Below are positions 58,101-64,000 of a DNA stretch of 64,000 nucleotides, in pieces. The notes under the pieces were generated by a model. It had not been told where the DNA came from. It made no database searches and saw only the letters and a list, made by a program, of their open reading frames with translations. A program made the translations under genes and the position numbers. Within the stretch, counting starts at the first letter, position 1; each line of letters starts with the position of its first letter. The stretch comes from Candidatus Latescibacterota bacterium (lineage in GTDB: Bacteria; Latescibacterota; UBA2968; UBA8231): NCBI GenBank assembly GCA_965261395.1, contig OZ253462.1, positions 3,488,001 to 3,552,000 of the forward strand, written 5' to 3'.

Positions 58101-58358
58101 TTTATACCTTTTTTCTTCGTGGGCATAATTCTCGTAGGGTTGCCAATCTCTCCTCAGAAACATCCGGTCGGGTTGGATTCGCGGCACCTCCGGAATATCG
58201 ATTCCTGTGCGCGGTCCCCAACTCTCCGAAGACTCGTCCTCCTCGGTGCCGATGGACGAACTCGCAGAGATCAGGACAGCGAGTAAGACCCAGATAAAGG
58301 GCCGGTAACGAGAAATTCCGCAAGGCCTGGAAAATCTTTTGCGCAAATCGTTTGACAC
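55176..58358 (-). CDS. Large secreted hypothetical protein, paralog 3 (Ca-binding DxDxDG loops, beta-rich)
   Basis: Signal-like N-terminus; RFTPLTL, LGLTYVNQH, VDDNDDNDRFPD, GIFPGKDEDGDGRPD; alternating beta-strand C-terminus. Confidence 0.8.
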   Translation of the reverse strand: MSNDLRKRFSRPCGISRYRPFIWVLLAVLISASSSIGTEEDESSESWGPRTGIDIPEVPRIQPDRMFLRRDWQPYENYAHEEKRYKNYSTILSPYRDPKQYFYGPLGNRLVYGIPGYDWVETTGLGPQSRGSSILRVTGDLYNYPGREQSTYRRYFEDVLTVSEQTNRWWAGLTIAQELRGRFTPLTLKVNAFRGFRIDVGTKHNDLSALFMNWNTVRMGAFHFERRIGLLNLGLTYVNQHESFSDASGHTFSRKGVLRHNQPYPEIIAVKFSDDSPKDDRGGPYIVELNILVNGILRQDIVPDIVEHIDGITESSVGRFGAQGLVRNTYAELAAAFTSSVPTQPTYMQYRINEAPLYMDYLFFKDLRLNDPVDPKRQFTTYVWRGVEFPIEEPWHLAVNLQPEASTSRNYYRDNADAILGEQFTEDEVLAILIRNNALNNIYRPLEQSFRWRTDETGPIEVSGDDFVVYYFNLAGEGYVQSVSFEAVVANDYKIEVGTVARNRRVDLNDPYAPIESPYTQRYGQPTLFRVVERAPGNVQDRSNVQRISFDIGTQTGMEILGANFSTNIFGLKIDGEYARSQHYFQYPDGVVGPDPSTAMRFGKRFDQQGEAYYLVVRKEHERFDWGGEFFHMGPNYNTELVVLGTPAVPHFNSTMRLMMVDDNDDNDRFPDSWFQQYIAGFVNEGVDADGIFPGKDEDGDGRPDTNKNGNRLPDYLEPFLMYDVESDDYIYDLDLNNNDRPDSREDDPEPDYPYPEDLEGYHLFGKYGLWRDLNFSLGRLNARQQDRAGKNLMNYGRLIWKAEQPGLGRLVVENTLKRVWDTVPDRVLISSDFGRSPFGKTHLAGFGYQQQFDLILIEDNLNYKNSLANRFYLETLLSPLKDLRMYHNFRCEFNWQQQGFLDDGTHQRKNAIRSMSSVHRVDYTWRRHQSKLEIIPALKLLFLKRTQDIIDIPLANETTVIPLLKANYYVTPRTTFRLGAQGLPFWNYGVEDHGNNWNSFEQNVYVFMMTNRSDYFGYEIVANAGVTFDRRTYDDSFRSADNTDVLAVFIQIVAGAPQY

Positions 58359-58367
58359 GGCCTTTTC

Positions 58368-61196
58368 CTAGATGACCGGACGGAGTCCGACCAAAGCCCG
58401 AAAAAAGAATATGGACGTATCCACGTTATTCAGAGCCTGTCTGGAGGAATTGAATTCCCTCTTCTGTATCTGGTAGCCCATGTTGAAATTCACCCTATAC
58501 CCCTGATAAGTAAAAGTATTGGCGAGCATGAAAACATAGTCCTCACTCGCAAAGTCCCTATTCGAATTGACCAAGTCGAGAGAACGGCTCTGCAGAAAGG
58601 GAAAACCCTGGGCTCCTAGGCGAACGCTCGTCAAGGAGGTCATATTCCAGTCTAGGCGCAGAATGGGATAGAAGAATATCTCGTGCAGCACCGGAACCTG
58701 CCACCGATCATTGGTCAACTTCTGTCCCATTACCTTCACTTGAGGGGTGATTGTCACATCCCGAAACATACCCGACAGGTCTAAGGGATACTCTCCCTTG
58801 GCGACAGAAGTCAGCCTGACGATGCGGTTGGACTTGCGTCCTTGCTGGGCAAATTGGCGATTGAAGTCGTGCTTGAAATCGAGATGGATGTTGAGGGGTT
58901 TGGCACCGTCAAAATCCAAGGCGGCATAGGCGGTGTTGACGAAACTATCCTTCATGCGCAGAGGATCTTCTATCAGGTCAATGGTCAATCCCGCACCGGT
59001 CAGCCGACCACTGATATCTTCCTGCAGTTCAAAAGTGGCATTGCGGGGAAACTGGAAGACGTTATCCCGGATGTCGTCCTCGACCCTCTTGGCGAAGTCA
59101 ATCAGGGTAAGGTGACCCCAAAAGGGAAGATAGCGGGTGTGTTCCACCTTGGTGTAAAAGACCCTGTTCTCGCCCCCGGCTGCGATCTGCTCCGTGTTAT
59201 AGTGCCCCACCTTGAGCGTCGTTCCCTGCCAAGGGCGGAAAGACGCAAATAGGTGAAACCCTTCTAGATCCTTATTGTAGGGGTAGTCCACATCGGGATT
59301 GTTCTCCCGGATGTCGATGACTCCGTTGTTGTTCAAATCATCGCCGTAATCGTACTCTTCGGGATTGACATCGAAGAGCAGAAAAGGCTCCAGATAGTCG
59401 GGGATACCATTGTTGTTTATATTGGTCTCCGGCCGGCCGTCCTGATCGATATCTAGCCCCGGGAAAATTCCATCCTGATCTCTCCGGCTCCTGATATAAT
59501 GCTCATCTGGAAAGCGGTCCTTGTCGTCGTTGTCCTCCACCGTATCGAAGATCAGGGTTCCATTGAGCGAACTCTGGTTGAACCCATCAATGCCTTTCAA
59601 GCCGCCGGCAATCTCGCTGTCCAAGGGTGCAAAGGGCAGGGTGACAAAGCTCTGATAGCTAGGATCTTGGACCTGTAAGGAGGTGCCGTATTCCGGGCCT
59701 ATACGGAATAATTCGCCTCCGAATTCCACCCCGTTCCGGTCCACGACGGCATTGATGAAATACGCTTCGCCCCGGCGATTGCTCTGCTTCCCTTTGGCTA
59801 CCGGAAACTGGCGGAAATCGTAGCTGAGATCGTACTCCGCCCTCACAAAGAGATTCTCCACCTCAAAATCCGCGTGGACTCCGCCTAGCATTCTCCCAGT
59901 CTGTCGGCCGTGTCGGAACTCCACCACCCTCAGATTGGAGAGATCCTGTACTTTACCTAGAGCATGGGCGACGTCGTAGAAGTAAAGTGCTCTGTTCCGG
60001 TCCCGCGGACTTCGATCCCTCTGAGCCCTAGTGGGATCGTTGGCGTAGACCTCGGACAGGCTGATCCGATAGTCGTTGCCCACCTTGACTTTGAACCGCA
60101 CATCGTCGATATCCTCCTCGCTCAACGGCACCCAGTAAAGCAGGAACTCTTTGCCGTGTGCTTCCAGATAACCCTTTGCTCCTGGGAAGTCCTCTGGCAG
60201 CGAGCCGTTGACGAATTCCACATAGGGCGGTATTTCCCGCCCCAATTCCCGAAGAAATTCCTTGTCGCCGTTGGGAAAGGCTGGATCAATGTCCTCGAGG
60301 TGATGCCGGGTCACGGCGATGCGCTGGGTATCGTCAATGCCCGCCGCTGAAACAGCATCGGGATACACCTGCAATTCCGGTCGCAATTGGCCGTTGATAT
60401 AGACCTCGAAATCGTATACTCGGGGCCCTCCGCCATCGTCTATCGACCCATCCGCAAACTTCACCACCAGATAATCAACCGGCCGGATATTCCCTGGCGT
60501 CGCTCCCCTGAAATCCCAGTCCCCCCATTCCATCAGACTGTTGATGCGGTACTGATTGACCCACACGAGTCCCAGATTCAACGCTCCAACCTGGGTTTCC
60601 AAGTGCGATCCCAGCAGATAGGTGGCAAATAAGGGTGGCCGAGTGCCGAGCGCACCAAAGTTGTGTTGCTTATTATCGGCGTTCGCGTTCACGTCAAAGA
60701 TGGGATAGTCCAGACGCGAGGAGATCAGGGTAAAATCGGACTGGGGCAGGTTCATGTCCCAACGAATGCCGTTCATGGCCGCCAAGTCTAGGGTCAGCGA
60801 GGTAAATTTGGTGCGGACATTGTCGCCGATGATCAGAGAAGTGTTAATTTTTCCGTAGGAATCAGAGGAGACGGAAAGCCGACTGAGATAGTCTTTGAAA
60901 TACCGGCTCTTGTCGATGACACTTCCCGGCTCAGGGTCCAGGGTGCGCGACTCGCGCAGCCGGAACACTTCGATGCCCTCGACGACAAAATTGCCCAGCT
61001 CGTCGAAGACGAGATCTTCGGGACGAACCAGATAAGAGCGCGGCCAGTGTTTGTAGGGTTCCTGGGAATGGGTGATATATCCCTCGCCCGGCCGGTAGAG
61101 AAAAAGCCCCGATCCCCGTACATGGGCGCTACTCTCTCCAACCCACACCAGTGCCAGAGCGCTTAATAAAAAATAAACGGTCCTTGTCTTGCTCAT
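58368..61196 (-). CDS. Large secreted hypothetical protein, paralog 2
   Basis: Signal peptide from ATG 61196; KFTSLTL, LGLVWVNQY, VEDNDDKDRFPD, GIFPGLDIDQDGRPE. Confidence 0.8.
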   Translation of the reverse strand: MSKTRTVYFLLSALALVWVGESSAHVRGSGLFLYRPGEGYITHSQEPYKHWPRSYLVRPEDLVFDELGNFVVEGIEVFRLRESRTLDPEPGSVIDKSRYFKDYLSRLSVSSDSYGKINTSLIIGDNVRTKFTSLTLDLAAMNGIRWDMNLPQSDFTLISSRLDYPIFDVNANADNKQHNFGALGTRPPLFATYLLGSHLETQVGALNLGLVWVNQYRINSLMEWGDWDFRGATPGNIRPVDYLVVKFADGSIDDGGGPRVYDFEVYINGQLRPELQVYPDAVSAAGIDDTQRIAVTRHHLEDIDPAFPNGDKEFLRELGREIPPYVEFVNGSLPEDFPGAKGYLEAHGKEFLLYWVPLSEEDIDDVRFKVKVGNDYRISLSEVYANDPTRAQRDRSPRDRNRALYFYDVAHALGKVQDLSNLRVVEFRHGRQTGRMLGGVHADFEVENLFVRAEYDLSYDFRQFPVAKGKQSNRRGEAYFINAVVDRNGVEFGGELFRIGPEYGTSLQVQDPSYQSFVTLPFAPLDSEIAGGLKGIDGFNQSSLNGTLIFDTVEDNDDKDRFPDEHYIRSRRDQDGIFPGLDIDQDGRPETNINNNGIPDYLEPFLLFDVNPEEYDYGDDLNNNGVIDIRENNPDVDYPYNKDLEGFHLFASFRPWQGTTLKVGHYNTEQIAAGGENRVFYTKVEHTRYLPFWGHLTLIDFAKRVEDDIRDNVFQFPRNATFELQEDISGRLTGAGLTIDLIEDPLRMKDSFVNTAYAALDFDGAKPLNIHLDFKHDFNRQFAQQGRKSNRIVRLTSVAKGEYPLDLSGMFRDVTITPQVKVMGQKLTNDRWQVPVLHEIFFYPILRLDWNMTSLTSVRLGAQGFPFLQSRSLDLVNSNRDFASEDYVFMLANTFTYQGYRVNFNMGYQIQKREFNSSRQALNNVDTSIFFFRALVGLRPVI

Positions 61197-61203
61197 AGAA
61201 ACT

Positions 61204-63957
61204 CTATCCGATGCGCAAGCGGATAAAATAGCGAACGGCACCGACATCCACGCGGTGTGAGGAGGAAGGATAGCGGTCAAAATTTTTCTGGTACCCAATG
61301 TTGGTACTCACATCAACTCCCCGATAATTGCCGAGATTTTCCAGAACCAAAATGTAGTACCAAGAATCTCGGTCCAAAAAAGGCCGCACCAAGTCTCGGT
61401 GCTTCTCCTGCAGTGGCCATCCGAGGATCCCTCCTCGCAGCACTGTGTGCGGTGCCAAATGGTAATCTCCCCTTATGATCGGCGTCAGTGTATATGCATG
61501 TCTCTGCAAACTAAATAGTTCGGCCTTGGTCCGGTTGAAGACCGCCTTAAACATCGGACCGAAGCCGAAGCTATCGCCTAGGTGCCAGGTGTAATCGATC
61601 CTAGCGACATACCCCATAGTCGTTATGCGGCTGTCCGGCTGAAAGAAATCCCCATCAGTCAATTCTCGCTGGTCGTTGACTTCCACGAGAATATCATTGT
61701 AGATGTTCAAGTGTGGCAGCACGTCCGTGTTAACATGAGTCCCCACCACGAGGGTATTTTGCAGACTGTTGCGCAGCAGCAGACGATCTGGCAATACTTG
61801 GTACCTGCCGCTGCCGACGAATTGGTACAGATCATTGCTAATATCGTCCCGAACTCTCTTGGCGTAATAGCCGACCTGCAGCCGGCCGAGCCCCGGCCAG
61901 TGTCGCGGATAATTGGTCTTCACATAGGTGGTCAAGTCCCGGCCACCGCTGGCTGGCTGGCGCATATCGTAGTGGCCGACTCGCACCCACGCATACTGCT
62001 GGGAAGTAAAGGGACGCCAAGTGATGAAGAAATGACTGCCGCGACTGTCGTGATCGTAAGGGTAATCCGACCGGTTGTCGTTCTCCCACCCATCTACCAG
62101 ACCGTTATTGTTGAAATCGTCGCCGAACACAAAGGGCTGGTCGTAATAGGTCAGAACCTTGTCCGCTCCGTTGTACCAAATATTGTCCCGCACTCCATCG
62201 TTATCCACATCTAGGCCGGGAAAAACCCCGAATCCCAGACCGGCTCCTGGGGCCGGCGTCATGTTAAGCGAGGCAAAATCGCGCTCTTGCTCCCAGCGGT
62301 CAGGCCATTCATCCCGGTCGTCGTTGTCGTCCACCAAGTCAAAGGGGGCGATGACATTTTGCCGGGGGTTCTGCATTAGGGCTTGAAAAGAAGTGGCGAA
62401 GCCCGAAGGCAAGCTCACATACTCGAACCCCATGTCCCAACGGCCCATGTCCCGAAACACATTGAGGAAATAGGCGTCCTCGTTCGTGGAAAGACGCTTA
62501 CCCTCTCCCGAGGGGAACTTGAAATAGGAGGTGTTGCGGACGAATTCACCCCAAGCGTGGGAGCCCAAGACTTTGGCCTCGAAATTCATCCCGTAGAGAA
62601 TCATCCCCGTCGGGAATCCATAGCGGAACGTGATCCACCCCATATTGCCCCGGTCCTTGGCGTTGTTCTCAGCCCGCTTTACGGTGTGCCAATCCCGCCA
62701 TTGGACGTCGGTGCCGGTCCAGTCTAGGGCGCTGGCCACATCCACCACATAGTCTCCTGCGGCCAGTGCCCTGAAGCGCACCTTCTCGGAACCCGGAGGA
62801 ATCTCAAAGCGGTAGACTAGAATATCCGTCCCATTTACTTGTAAGAAAGGAACGCCATCGTGGCTTACGGGCTCTCCTTCCTTGAAGAACAGTCCGCCGC
62901 TGGTAAAATTGCTGAGTTGACCGCTACGCGTGTACCCCTCCCTGACAATTTCCTCCATCTGATAATTCTGGATTAGCCACGAAGGTCTGTCCGCCCGATG
63001 GAGCGCGATCTCACTGGTTCCCCGCCCGATAGTCCTGTTGGCAGCACCTATGAGTTCGGGCACCGAGTGGATCATCCGGATCATCGGCTCGATATCGTCC
63101 CGCCTCTCGCCGTCAACGTACAGCTCCATACGATAGATGCGTGGCCCTTCTCCGTCCCAATGGGAATCATCGCTGACTAGGACGAATACCGACTTTCCCT
63201 CGTCGAGAGCGGAAAAGGGGACGACTCCCTTGAGCGATCCCTCCTTTCTGCTTGCGATACTGTCGAAGTTGTGAGCATTGACATAGGTGGAACCCAGTTT
63301 GAGCACACTCCCCAGAGTTGTCTCCCAGTGCCCGCCTATCAGATAGGTTCCGAACGAAGGTCTGCCGAAAACGCCCCTTGGATTTACCTGAACGCCGCTC
63401 TGGGATAGCCCTGTGGCCAAGAGTACCGGATCCGAGATCCGCGAGGCGATGATGCTGAAACTAGTCTTGCGCGTAGAGGCGTCGAAGCGAAGGCCGTTGA
63501 GACGACTCAAATTCAGGGTCAAAGGCGAAAAGCGGGTGGGGATGGCATCGCCTACCATGATAGCGGCCGACCATCCCCGGTAGGAATCCATGCCGATCAT
63601 CAAGTTGCGGAAAATCCGTGGGTAGATCGGACTCTTGAAGACGGCGCTGCCTCGCTCTGGTCCCTCGGTACGGCTCTCCTCGAGTGTGAATACTGGAACC
63701 CCGTCAATCAAGTAGACCCCAAAGGGGTCGTAGACCCGCCGCTCAATATCCTGCTCATCAAAGTCGCGGTAGCCGTACTGTCCGAGATTCTCGTAACGCT
63801 CTTTTTGCCACAGGGGGTAGTAGTCGCGGGAGATTAGCTGGCCTTCGGCCCTACAAAAGCATAGGAGGAGCGCGGCGAATATAGCGAGTGATAATCCTCC
63901 TCTAATCCTCTCTACCACGACGCTTCTCCGCATTGCTTTGGGCTTGTGGTTTGACAC
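61204..63957 (-). CDS. Large secreted hypothetical protein, paralog 1 (start uncertain)
   Basis: Signal peptide; RFSPLTL, LGSTYVNAH, VDDNDDRDEWPD, GVFPGLDVDNDGVRD; C-terminus YFIRLRIG. Confidence 0.8.
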   Translation of the reverse strand: MSNHKPKAMRRSVVVERIRGGLSLAIFAALLLCFCRAEGQLISRDYYPLWQKERYENLGQYGYRDFDEQDIERRVYDPFGVYLIDGVPVFTLEESRTEGPERGSAVFKSPIYPRIFRNLMIGMDSYRGWSAAIMVGDAIPTRFSPLTLNLSRLNGLRFDASTRKTSFSIIASRISDPVLLATGLSQSGVQVNPRGVFGRPSFGTYLIGGHWETTLGSVLKLGSTYVNAHNFDSIASRKEGSLKGVVPFSALDEGKSVFVLVSDDSHWDGEGPRIYRMELYVDGERRDDIEPMIRMIHSVPELIGAANRTIGRGTSEIALHRADRPSWLIQNYQMEEIVREGYTRSGQLSNFTSGGLFFKEGEPVSHDGVPFLQVNGTDILVYRFEIPPGSEKVRFRALAAGDYVVDVASALDWTGTDVQWRDWHTVKRAENNAKDRGNMGWITFRYGFPTGMILYGMNFEAKVLGSHAWGEFVRNTSYFKFPSGEGKRLSTNEDAYFLNVFRDMGRWDMGFEYVSLPSGFATSFQALMQNPRQNVIAPFDLVDDNDDRDEWPDRWEQERDFASLNMTPAPGAGLGFGVFPGLDVDNDGVRDNIWYNGADKVLTYYDQPFVFGDDFNNNGLVDGWENDNRSDYPYDHDSRGSHFFITWRPFTSQQYAWVRVGHYDMRQPASGGRDLTTYVKTNYPRHWPGLGRLQVGYYAKRVRDDISNDLYQFVGSGRYQVLPDRLLLRNSLQNTLVVGTHVNTDVLPHLNIYNDILVEVNDQRELTDGDFFQPDSRITTMGYVARIDYTWHLGDSFGFGPMFKAVFNRTKAELFSLQRHAYTLTPIIRGDYHLAPHTVLRGGILGWPLQEKHRDLVRPFLDRDSWYYILVLENLGNYRGVDVSTNIGYQKNFDRYPSSSHRVDVGAVRYFIRLRIG

Positions 63958-64000
63958 AATCGGTGCCAGACCATCCCCCTGTTTCTCGCACCGGCCGCGC

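Overview
Bacterial genomic window, GC-rich on the left and visibly less GC-rich in several inserted blocks and in the right half. The gene content (several Gfo/Idh/MocA and PhyH dioxygenases, WD40, ankyrin, TPR and CRTAC1-like proteins, a FlgD-like 'NYPNPFNP' C-terminal domain) resembles sponge-symbiont lineages such as Latescibacterota or Poribacteria; this is inference. Bases 1-8.2 kb hold housekeeping genes (recJ, apgM, GDPD) and a lipoprotein / L,D-transpeptidase / catalytically dead L,D-transpeptidase trio. Bases 8.2-32.6 kb are a layered accessory region: an AbrB-doc toxin-antitoxin pair, WD40, MBL hydrolase, secreted propeller and transglutaminase-like proteins, Fic, and a tightly coupled AT-rich five-gene operon (SPPY DNA methyltransferase, PRTase-like, P-loop ATPase, unknown, ThyX) that looks like a conflict/defence system. 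In three places, cargo genes lie between an intact resident gene and a ~90%-identical, mostly synonymously diverged copy of that gene's 3' end. Two further gene-end relics (a doc 3' end and a Gfo promoter plus 5' end) are also present. No integrase, transposase or reverse transcriptase is visible. Bases 32.6-64 kb are a long, almost entirely minus-strand cell-envelope/uptake cluster headed by three paralogous ~900-1060 aa secreted proteins of unknown family. No rRNA, tRNA or CRISPR array was seen.
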